Assembly: GCA_038132575.1 (NCBI GenBank)
Contig: JAYPRP010000002.1
Coordinates: forward strand, 6,802-70,801
Reading direction: 5' to 3'
DNA from: Rhodospirillaceae bacterium
GTDB lineage: Bacteria; Pseudomonadota; Alphaproteobacteria; UBA6615
DNA length: 64,000 bases
Shown piece by piece: positions 56,676 through 64,000 of this stretch. The notes below the pieces were generated by a model. That model saw only the letters and a list, made by a program, of their open reading frames with translations. It was not told the DNA's origin and did not search any database. The translations under genes and the position numbers were made by a program. Each line of letters begins with the position of its first letter. Position 1 is the first letter of the stretch.

Positions 56676-57530
56676 ATGATTGAGATCGTCGATATCCGCT
56701 ACTGCCGCCTCGGCACCGCCGACCTCAAATCGGCGGTCGACTTCGCGACGTCCATGATCGGGCTCGAGGAGGTCGCCCGCGCCGACGGACAGGTCTATCT
56801 CCGCGGCGACGACCGGGATCACAACATCTGCTACTTCGCTGGTGACCCGGCCGACCACACCTTCGGGCTGGAGGTGGAAACGTCCGAAGCGCTCGACGCG
56901 GCAGCGACCACGCTCGAGGCGGCGGGCGTCGCGGTACGCCGCGGCAGCGACGACGAAGCGGCCGCGCGCCGGGTCATGGGGTTCATCAACTTCCGCGACC
57001 CCACGGGCAACTCGGTCGACCTGGTCGTCCGCCCGCACCATTCCGGGCGCCGGTATTTTCCGTCGCGCGACGCGGGTATCACCGAGTTCAGTCACATCGG
57101 GATCAAGACGGACAACCCCGCGCGCGACGAGAAATTCTGGAGCGGCCTGTTCAACATCCAGGCGAACGACCGGATCGGCGATGCGGCGCTAATGTCCTTC
57201 GACGAGGTGCACCACCGCATCGCACTGTTCCCGACCGACCATGCCGGCATCCAACACATCAACTTCCAGGTCGAGAGCATCGACGACATCATGCGCTCGC
57301 ACTATTTCCTGACCGAGCGCCAGGTCCAGATCAGGTTCGGGCCCGGGCGGCACCCGACGTCGGGTGCCATGTTCCTCTACTACGAGGGCCCCGACGGGAT
57401 GACCTACGAGTATTCGTCCGGCGTACGGAACGTGGACGAGAGCTGGCGACCACGCCAATTGCCCTTCAAGGACGAGTCCTTCTGCATGTGGGGCGCGCGC
57501 CCGAACATTCCCGAATTTTCCGACGGCTGA
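56676..57530 (+). CDS. Type I extradiol dioxygenase, tandem paralog, 284 aa.
   Basis: About 60% identical by eye to the previous gene (MIEIVDIRYCRLGTADL vs MIEVVGFRYCRLGTADL). Confidence 0.7.
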   Translation: MIEIVDIRYCRLGTADLKSAVDFATSMIGLEEVARADGQVYLRGDDRDHNICYFAGDPADHTFGLEVETSEALDAAATTLEAAGVAVRRGSDDEAAARRVMGFINFRDPTGNSVDLVVRPHHSGRRYFPSRDAGITEFSHIGIKTDNPARDEKFWSGLFNIQANDRIGDAALMSFDEVHHRIALFPTDHAGIQHINFQVESIDDIMRSHYFLTERQVQIRFGPGRHPTSGAMFLYYEGPDGMTYEYSSGVRNVDESWRPRQLPFKDESFCMWGARPNIPEFSDG

Positions 57531-57564
57531 GCCGGCCATACCGGCGCTGGAAGGACATCCCGCC

Positions 57565-58395
57565 ATGAGCGATCCACGCCCCGGCAAAAGCACCGTGATT
57601 CCACCGAAGGCATACGAGAATCCGGACTTCCTGCACAGCCGCGAGGCGCGGGCGATCCGTATCCTGTCAGAGTATCAGGAGCCGCTGTCCCGCTTCGAGC
57701 ATTACGACATCGACGACACGATCGTGTTCATGGGTTCCGCGCGCATCAAGTCGGCCGAGGACGCCGCCGCCATGGCCGCAGCGGCGGCACGCGGCGAAGC
57801 CGATCCGAGGGAGGCCGAACGTGCGGAACGCATGTCCGCTTACTACGAAGCAGCCCGCAAACTCGCCTTCCGGCTGACCGAATGGTCGAAGGGGCTGGGC
57901 GAGGACAAGCGCCGCTTCGTCGTCTGCACCGGGGGTGGACCCGGCATCATGGAGGCCGCCAACAGGGGGGCGTCCGAGGCCAAGGGCATGAACATCGGGC
58001 TGACGATCTCGTTGCCCTTCGAGGACTTCGAGAACCCCTATGTCAGCCGCGAGCTGAACGTGATGTTCCACTACTTCTTCATGCGGAAGTTCTGGTTCAC
58101 CTACCCCGCGAAGGCCGTCGTCCTGTTCCCGGGCGGCTTCGGCACCCTCGACGAACTGTTCGAGATCCTGACCCTGGTACAGACCCAGAAGATCAAGAAG
58201 CGCCTGCCCGTTGTACTGTTCGGCCACGAGTTCTGGGATCGCGTGATCGACATGGATGCGCTGATCGAGTTCGGCACGATCAGCCCCGGTGACATCGACC
58301 TTTTCCACCGGACCGATTCCGTTGACGACGCCTACGATCACATCACGCGCGAGCTTGCCGCCCACGGGCTCGACGAACCCGGCGTTGCGCTCTAG
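57565..58395 (+). CDS. LOG family protein (TIGR00730 Rossmann-fold nucleotide-binding / cytokinin riboside 5'-monophosphate phosphoribohydrolase-like), 276 aa.
   Basis: FPGGFGTLDELFE (PGGxGTxxE) signature and GGGPGIMEAANRGA. Confidence 0.75.
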   Translation: MSDPRPGKSTVIPPKAYENPDFLHSREARAIRILSEYQEPLSRFEHYDIDDTIVFMGSARIKSAEDAAAMAAAAARGEADPREAERAERMSAYYEAARKLAFRLTEWSKGLGEDKRRFVVCTGGGPGIMEAANRGASEAKGMNIGLTISLPFEDFENPYVSRELNVMFHYFFMRKFWFTYPAKAVVLFPGGFGTLDELFEILTLVQTQKIKKRLPVVLFGHEFWDRVIDMDALIEFGTISPGDIDLFHRTDSVDDAYDHITRELAAHGLDEPGVAL

Positions 58396-58472
58396 CGCGC
58401 ACGGCGGACGGTTGCTCTTTCCCGCGCCGGGCATCATATGTTGGACAACATGCCCGCACACAGGTGAGCCAG

Positions 58473-58691
58473 ATGAGCTTCCGGATCGAATACTGCAAAC
58501 TCTGAAACTACGAGCCGCGTGCGCTCCGTGCGAGGGACCTGCTCGAACAGCTTGGCGAAACCGTCGAGATCGCGCCCGGGCGAACCGGATCGTTCGAAAT
58601 CACGAAGGACGGCGCCCTTCTCTTCTCGAAGCTCGACACCGCGCGTTTCCCCGATGATGACGAGGTTCGGGCTCTCGCCGGCCCGGCCTGA
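58473..58691 (+). CDS. Candidate SelW/Rdx-family selenoprotein, 72 codons, CKLU motif with in-frame TGA at 58503..58505. Absent from the ORF track.
   Basis: AGGTGA RBS 6 nt before ATG 58473. Read by eye: MSFRIEYCKL-TGA-NYEPRALRARDLLEQLGETVEIAPGRTGSFEITKDGALLFSKLDTARFPDDDEVRALAGPA-stop. Matches the Rdx-fold pattern I-E-Y-C-x-x-U...RA..L...FE-like...SK...G-FP. Confidence 0.55.
58509..58545 (+). other. GC-rich region with potential stem-loops (CGAGC...GCUCG outer pairing) 6-40 nt after the UGA of the SelW-like gene. Candidate SECIS.
   Basis: By-eye pairing only. Confidence 0.2.
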
Positions 58692-58705
58692 CGGCCCTGC
58701 AAACG

Positions 58706-59305
58706 ATGACCCATGACCCCTACTTTCCCGCCGGCGAGCCGCGCCGCCTGATCGTCGGCATTTCCGGCGCCACCGGGATCGCCTACGGCATCCGCCTGCT
58801 CGAGGCGCTGCGCGAATGCGAGGTGGAGAGCCACCTGGTCGTCACCCGCCCCGGGCTGATGACCCTCGGTTACGAGACCGACCTCTCGCGTGATCAGCTG
58901 TACGACCTCGCCGACGTCGTCTATGCCGAGAACGACGTGGGGGCGGCCATCTCATCGGGCTCGATGATCACGCTGGGCATGATCGTCGCGCCCTGCGCGG
59001 TGAAATCGGCTGCCGAGATCGCATCGGGCGCGACCCAGACCCTGCTGACCCGCGCGGCCGACGTGACGCTGAAGGAACGCCGGCGGCTGGTGCTGATGGT
59101 TCGCGAGAGCCCGCTGCACACAGGCCATCTGCGTACACTGACGGAAGCCTCGGAGATCGGCGCCATCGTCATGCCGCCCATGCCCGCCTTCTATCCCCGG
59201 CCCGAGACCATCGAGGACATGGTGGACCATACGGTCGGCCGGGCGCTCGATCTGTTCGGGATCGAACACGACCTGCTGAAACGCTGGACCGGCAGGCCTG
59301 ACTAG
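58706..59305 (+). CDS. ubiX: UbiX/Pad1 family flavin prenyltransferase, 199 aa.
   Basis: RLIVGISGATGIAYGIRLLE and downstream conserved segments. No UbiD partner in the window. Confidence 0.85.
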   Translation: MTHDPYFPAGEPRRLIVGISGATGIAYGIRLLEALRECEVESHLVVTRPGLMTLGYETDLSRDQLYDLADVVYAENDVGAAISSGSMITLGMIVAPCAVKSAAEIASGATQTLLTRAADVTLKERRRLVLMVRESPLHTGHLRTLTEASEIGAIVMPPMPAFYPRPETIEDMVDHTVGRALDLFGIEHDLLKRWTGRPD

Positions 59306-59355
59306 AAAGCCGTCTCCGTGATCCGCGCAGCCGCGCGCTGCGTACCGATTTTGAC

Positions 59356-60069
59356 ATGCCGGGACATCCGAAATTCCGCGCCACGCTGTTCGCTTGGTTC
59401 ACAGCACTCCTAATCGCCGTGCCGCCGGCCGCCGCAAACCCGACGGACGGAACGTTGCGCTTCGACGTCGAGCTCGACGGCCGAAACATCGGTGCACACG
59501 CGCTGACGTTCGAAACGCGCCCCGACGGCACCCTGGCTGTCGCGATCGAGATTGACCTGGAGATCACGTTCGGACCGTTCATCGTGTTCGCGTACACGCA
59601 CCGCAACCGAACGTCCTGGCAGGGCGGGCGGTTGGTGGCAATGAACAGCGAAACCGACGACAACGGCGAGCAGCACTGGGTCAAGGCACGCGCCGGGAAC
59701 GACGTCCTGTCCGTCAGCTCGGACCAGGATCCGGGCTCGAAGCTGTCCGCGGCGATGCTGCCGACCACCTACTGGATGGCCTCGACCGTCCGCCAGACCC
59801 GGATGATCAATTCCCAGACCGGCGAACTGCTCGAGGTGAGAACCCGGAAGGTCGGACGGAAAACCGTCCCCGGCCCCGGCGGCGCAATTCCGGCGACACA
59901 TTACCGCCTCGACGGCGATCTCGAGATCGATCTCTGGTACGACGACGCCGGCGTTCTCGTCGGGCTCGCCTTCGTTGCCCGCGGCGCACAGGTCACCTAC
60001 CGCCTGCGCGAGCGCACGGGCGAGATTCCCGTCAGCATGGCCGGCAACATCATGAACGACCGGCGCTGA
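59356..60069 (+). CDS. Secreted hypothetical protein, 237 aa.
   Basis: Signal peptide MPGHPKFRATLFAWFTALLIAVPPAAA. Beta-rich composition. Confidence 0.5.
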   Translation: MPGHPKFRATLFAWFTALLIAVPPAAANPTDGTLRFDVELDGRNIGAHALTFETRPDGTLAVAIEIDLEITFGPFIVFAYTHRNRTSWQGGRLVAMNSETDDNGEQHWVKARAGNDVLSVSSDQDPGSKLSAAMLPTTYWMASTVRQTRMINSQTGELLEVRTRKVGRKTVPGPGGAIPATHYRLDGDLEIDLWYDDAGVLVGLAFVARGAQVTYRLRERTGEIPVSMAGNIMNDRR

Positions 60070-60100
60070 TCGTCGACTCATGGCAACGAACGGCGACTGA

Positions 60101-61393
60101 ATGGTTTCCTCCCGCCTTTCCGCGCTCCAGCTCTTCGCCTACGGTCTGCCGGGCCTGCCGCTGGCCATCCTGCTGCTGCCGCTTTTCATCACGGTACCCA
60201 CCTTCTACGCGGACGATCTCGGCCTCGGCTTTGCGACCGTCGGCCTGATCCTGCTCGGTGCGCGGGTCTGGGATGTCGTGACCGATCCGCTGATCGGGAT
60301 TCTTTCGGACCGCTTCCACACCCGTTTCGGGCGACGGCGGCCGTGGTTGCTGGCCGGTGCGCCACTGATGGTGATCGGCGCCTGGGCGCTGTTCCGCCCG
60401 CCCGACGATGTCGGCGCGCTGCACCTCGCCGGCGCGACATTCGCGCTCTACCTGGGCGGCACGATGGTGATGCTGCCCTACACCGCCTGGGCAGCCGAGC
60501 TGTCGCCCGACTATCACGAGCGCAGCCGGATTGCCGGTGCGCGCGAGGCAGCGCTCGTGTTCGGCACCCTCGGCGCGATGGCCGTACCCGCGCTCTTCGG
60601 AATCGACCGCGCGATCATCATGGACGGAACCGCGATCGCGCTGCTTGTCCTGACCCCTGTGACCGTCGCGGCCGCGCTCGTCGCGCTTCCCGACCCCGGA
60701 GCCGCGCACCACGAGCCAGCGGCCCCGCGGATTGCCGCGCATGTCGGTTTTCGCCGGTTGTGGCGCAACCGGCCCTTTCGGCTCCTGATCTCCGCCTATT
60801 TCGTGAACGGCATCGCCTATGGCCTGCCGGCAACGCTGTTCCTGCTCTACGCAGAGCACGTTCTGGGCCGCCCGGACCGATCATGGGTTCTGCTGATCAT
60901 CTACTTCGCGAGCGCCATCGCGGCCCTGCCGGTCTGGCTCGCCGTCAGCCGGCGGCTCGGGAAACGCCGGACCTGGATCATCGCGATGGTCATGGCGACG
61001 CTGGGGTTCTGGCCCGCCGTTCTGCTCGGTCCGGGCGATCTCATCTGGTTCGTCCTGATCTGCGTCTGGACGGGCATCCCGCTGGGCGCCGAACTCGTCA
61101 TGCCGCCGTCCATGCAGGCCGAGGTCGTGGACCTGGACGCCACCGAGACCGGTTATGGGCGCGCCGGCACGCTGTTCGGGCTCTGGGGGGTCGCCACCAA
61201 GATTCCCCTTGCGCTGGGTGTCGGGATCGCATTTCCCATTCTGGGGCTGGCGGGGTTCAGCGGTGACGCGGAGCGCAACAGCCAGGATGCGCTCCTGATC
61301 CTGGCAATGCTTTACGGCCTGGTTCCGGTCGCCTTCAAGCTGATCGCCATCCGGCTGATCTGGAACTATCCGCTCGATGCCGGCCGGGACTGA
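60101..61393 (+). CDS. MFS transporter, glycoside-pentoside-hexuronide (GPH) cation symporter-like, 430 aa.
   Basis: Twelve hydrophobic segments. SDRFHTRFGRRRPWLLAG is a GPH-family signature loop. Confidence 0.75.
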   Translation: MVSSRLSALQLFAYGLPGLPLAILLLPLFITVPTFYADDLGLGFATVGLILLGARVWDVVTDPLIGILSDRFHTRFGRRRPWLLAGAPLMVIGAWALFRPPDDVGALHLAGATFALYLGGTMVMLPYTAWAAELSPDYHERSRIAGAREAALVFGTLGAMAVPALFGIDRAIIMDGTAIALLVLTPVTVAAALVALPDPGAAHHEPAAPRIAAHVGFRRLWRNRPFRLLISAYFVNGIAYGLPATLFLLYAEHVLGRPDRSWVLLIIYFASAIAALPVWLAVSRRLGKRRTWIIAMVMATLGFWPAVLLGPGDLIWFVLICVWTGIPLGAELVMPPSMQAEVVDLDATETGYGRAGTLFGLWGVATKIPLALGVGIAFPILGLAGFSGDAERNSQDALLILAMLYGLVPVAFKLIAIRLIWNYPLDAGRD

Positions 61394-61773
61394 CGCCGCA
61401 CCAACGAAAGATCGCGCGCGCGGAAACTGATTGTACCCCCGGCCGGGTGACGCAGCACGATCCGCCAGCGGGAGTGGCCACCAAACCCGTCGGCCGGCGG
61501 CTGGCACTCGATGCGCTCGATCACCTGCGCGCGGGTCTCGTCGCCCGGGCTTTGAAGCGACATCTCCAGATCGCGTACATCGTCGAAGACGAGGTCGGTC
61601 GGCGAACGGCGCATCTCCACGGCACCGCCGTCCAAAACGCCGCCCGCCGCGTGATCGATGTCGAGAACGAGGCTGCGCCCGGTCCGCCCGCATCCGTCAA
61701 CGCGCGTCCCAAAGACGGTATCGCCGCGCCAGGCATCGGGATCGTGTTCGGGACGTGTGGAAGTTCGCGCCAT
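61366..61773 (-). CDS. Hypothetical protein, 135 aa. Overlaps the MFS gene 3' end by 28 nt.
   Basis: GC3 about 84% with preferred high-GC codons in this frame, versus about 75% for the competing plus-strand ORF 61447..61845. No family recognised. Confidence 0.3.
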   Translation of the reverse strand: MARTSTRPEHDPDAWRGDTVFGTRVDGCGRTGRSLVLDIDHAAGGVLDGGAVEMRRSPTDLVFDDVRDLEMSLQSPGDETRAQVIERIECQPPADGFGGHSRWRIVLRHPAGGTISFRARDLSLVRRQSRPASSG

Positions 61774-61857
61774 CCCGGCGTGGTAGCGCGATTCGCACTG
61801 AAACTGCGCGAACTATCGCGGCGCATTTGCACCAAAAAAACCTGAAAAGCCGGCCGA

Positions 61858-63108
61858 TCAGTCGAGGATCGCAGCAAACCCCAGGCCGACGACGGAGTTG
61901 TACCATTCGATAATTAGCCGGCGCTCGTCATCCTCCATGAAGGACACGTTCGCCGGCGGCATCGCGCGGGTATGGCCGGCCTGGAGGTAGATCGCGCGCG
62001 CATGGGCGGCGATCTGGCGGTCGGTTTCGAGCTTCACACCCTTCGGCGCCTTGACGATGCCGTCCCATGCCGTCACCGAAGCGTGGCACATGGCGCAGCG
62101 CCCCTGCACGATGTTGCGCACCTCGCCGAAGTGCGGCGATGCGACGAAGCGCTGCTGCGACGGGGTCAGCTCGGTGCTTTCCTCGGCCTCGGATTCGAAC
62201 AGCGGCGAGAAGGCCGAAAGCCACATGACGATGATGAAGATCATCACCGTCGCGCCCCAGGTCCAAAGCGGGCTGCCCTTGCGCGCATGCACCGAGTTGA
62301 AATAGTGGCGGATCGTGACGCCCATCAGGAAGATCAGGCTGGCGATGACCCAGTTGAACTCGGTCGCGAACGCCTGCGGGTAATGATTCGACAGCATCAG
62401 GAACACGACCGGCAGGGTCAGGTAGTTGTTGTGGGTCGAACGTTGCTTGGCGAGAATCCCGTGCTTCGCCTCGGGTTTGCGGCCCGCCTTGAGGTCGGCG
62501 ACCACGATGCGCTGGCTCGGGATGATGGTCAGGAAGACGTTCGCCGACATGATGGTCGCGGTGAACGCGCCGAGATGCAGGAATGCCGCACGCGGCGTGA
62601 ACACCTGCGTGTAGCCCCACGCCATGATCACCAGCAGCACGTAGAGCAGCAGCATCAGGGTCGTGTTGTTACGCCCGAGCGGGCTCCTGCAGATGAGGTC
62701 GTAGGCGAACCAGCCGAACACCAGCGAACCGATCGAGATCGCGATGCCCGCGATCGGAGAGATGTCGAGGACGGCGGGATCGACGAGGTAGAGTTCCGCA
62801 CCGGCGTAGTAGACCAGCGTCATCAGGATGAACCCCGACATCCAGGCCCAGTAGGACTCCCACTTGAACCAGGTCAGGTGCTCCGGCAGCGCAGCCGGGG
62901 CCACCAGGTATTTCTGGATGTGATAGAAGCCGCCGCCATGGACCTGCCATTCCTCCCCGTAGGCGCCCTCGGGCAGGTCCGGGACCTTGCGCAGCCCGAG
63001 GTCGAGCGCGATGAAGTAGAAGGACGAGCCGATCCACGCGATGCCCGCGATGACGTGAAACCATCGCGCCGCGAAGGACAGCCACTCCATGACCAGTGCG
63101 GTTTCCAT
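61858..63108 (-). CDS. Urate hydroxylase PuuD-like membrane protein with C-terminal c-type cytochrome domain, 416 aa.
   Basis: Multiple TM helices. A C-terminal CAMCH haem-binding motif follows a soluble extension. Organisation matches the PuuD family. Confidence 0.65.
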   Translation of the reverse strand: METALVMEWLSFAARWFHVIAGIAWIGSSFYFIALDLGLRKVPDLPEGAYGEEWQVHGGGFYHIQKYLVAPAALPEHLTWFKWESYWAWMSGFILMTLVYYAGAELYLVDPAVLDISPIAGIAISIGSLVFGWFAYDLICRSPLGRNNTTLMLLLYVLLVIMAWGYTQVFTPRAAFLHLGAFTATIMSANVFLTIIPSQRIVVADLKAGRKPEAKHGILAKQRSTHNNYLTLPVVFLMLSNHYPQAFATEFNWVIASLIFLMGVTIRHYFNSVHARKGSPLWTWGATVMIFIIVMWLSAFSPLFESEAEESTELTPSQQRFVASPHFGEVRNIVQGRCAMCHASVTAWDGIVKAPKGVKLETDRQIAAHARAIYLQAGHTRAMPPANVSFMEDDERRLIIEWYNSVVGLGFAAILD

Positions 63109-63205
63109 CCAATCCCCCTGCTTACCCCGTAACGCGCAGCGTCACGCGCCGTGCTCCACAATTGCTTGCCGATCTTGCAGCCATTTCCGATAGATTGCAC
63201 ACACG

Positions 63206-64000
63206 ATGCCGCATGTTGAAAACATCCGCATGTTCGTCCGGGTCTTCGAGCTCGGCAGCATGTCCGAGGCTGCACGCGACCAGCAGGTCTCGCCCGCCGT
63301 CGCGTCGAGCCGCATCTCGCGGCTGGAGAAACATCTTGGTGTGCGCCTGTTCAACCGCACGACTCGTCGGCTGCACCCGACCGAGCACGGCACCACCTAC
63401 TATGACGGCGCGGTCAAAATTCTCCAGGCGATCGAGGAGGCCGAGGCCGCCGTCGCCAGTATCGCCCGAAATCCGCGCGGTTCGATCTACGTCGCCGCGC
63501 CGCTGGGGGTCGGAAAGCGGTTGATCGCGCCCCACGTCCCGGATTTCAAGGACGCCTACCCCGACATCAGCGTGCGCCTGCGCATGTCCGACCGTAACGT
63601 GGACCTGACGCGCGAGGGCGTGGACATCGCGTTCCATCTCGGAAACCTCGCGGACTCGGCGCTGCGCCTGACCAACATCGCGGAATGCCCGCGGGTGCTT
63701 TGTGCCGCGCCCGACTATCTCGCGCGCCGCGGCACGCCGGCGGGCGGCGACGATCTGGTTGCAGACGGACATGATTGCCTGATGCTGCGGTTTCCCGGCG
63801 CCGACGAAACCCGCTGGACGCTGGTGACCGACAACGGGCCGAAGCGTTTCGATGTCTCGGGGCCGTTCGAGTCCGACGACGGCGATGTGCTCACGGCGTG
63901 GGCGCTCGACGGACGGGGCATAGCCATGAAGCCGGTGTTCGAGATCGCCGAGCATCTCCGCGCGGGCACCCTCGTCCCGGTCGCGCGGATGACACCGCCC
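63206..64000 (+). CDS. LysR-family transcriptional regulator, partial (runs off the right edge). Divergent from the PuuD-like gene.
   Basis: Not in the ORF track because there is no stop in the window. By-eye translation: MPHVENIRMFVRVFELGSMSEAARDQQVSPAVASSRISRLEKHLGVRLFNRTTRRLHPTEHG (LysR HTH), then a substrate-binding domain. Confidence 0.7.
   Translation, partial: MPHVENIRMFVRVFELGSMSEAARDQQVSPAVASSRISRLEKHLGVRLFNRTTRRLHPTEHGTTYYDGAVKILQAIEEAEAAVASIARNPRGSIYVAAPLGVGKRLIAPHVPDFKDAYPDISVRLRMSDRNVDLTREGVDIAFHLGNLADSALRLTNIAECPRVLCAAPDYLARRGTPAGGDDLVADGHDCLMLRFPGADETRWTLVTDNGPKRFDVSGPFESDDGDVLTAWALDGRGIAMKPVFEIAEHLRAGTLVPVARMTPP

Noticed and set aside
61447-61845. Plus-strand 132-aa ORF and minus-strand 118-aa ORF (61521..61877) in the MFS-PuuD gap.
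   Set aside because: They have lower third-position GC and odd composition compared with the competing minus-strand ORF 61366..61773. None has a recognisable family, so only the best-supported one is kept, at low confidence.
1-64000. Mobile elements, CRISPR arrays, phage or defence-island signatures.
   Set aside because: No transposase/integrase/recombinase-like ORFs, no direct-repeat arrays with spacers, no tRNA-flanked island boundaries. The only tRNA is tRNA-Sec, embedded among metabolic genes.

Overview
High-GC (about 65-68%) proteobacterial chromosomal segment with dense, mostly non-overlapping genes on both strands. No transposase, integrase, phage or CRISPR signals are visible. Most genes are catabolic or redox enzymes: aromatic ring-cleavage dioxygenases (gentisate 1,2-dioxygenase and two tandem VOC extradiol dioxygenases), a fumarylacetoacetate hydrolase, amidohydrolase-2 decarboxylases, three xanthine-dehydrogenase-family Mo subunits, CoA transferases, an acyl-CoA dehydrogenase, several SDRs and cupins, a cueR-copA copper efflux pair, an orphan UbiX, and MFS/EamA/TRAP transport components. 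Many long ORFs in the six-frame track are antisense or N-terminally over-extended artefacts typical of GC-rich DNA; I trimmed starts to the homologous core and RBS where I could. The most interesting signal is a complete selenocysteine-decoding toolkit inside the window: selA-selB, a tRNA-Sec gene (selC), and a SelD fused to a pyridine-nucleotide-disulfide oxidoreductase domain. Alongside it are four candidate selenoprotein genes where an in-frame TGA sits exactly at a redox-active Cys position and homology continues through the stop: an AhpD-like CxYU protein in an operon with thioredoxin, a redoxin with W-U-P-Y-C, a GrdB-family UxxC protein, and an 11+61 codon SelW/Rdx-like CxxU gene that the ORF track does not show. 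Three of these are split into two ORFs in the track and the fourth is absent from it, so default gene calling would mis-annotate all four. Secondary observations: a 29-bp palindromic element repeated in inverted orientation between two different pairs of tandem paralogs, several intrinsic-terminator hairpins, and candidate operator palindromes. All calls rest on by-eye translation and recalled motifs; no searches were run. At one place (about 28800-28860) my reading of the printed bases disagreed by one base with the ORF-track translation, and there I relied on the track frames.
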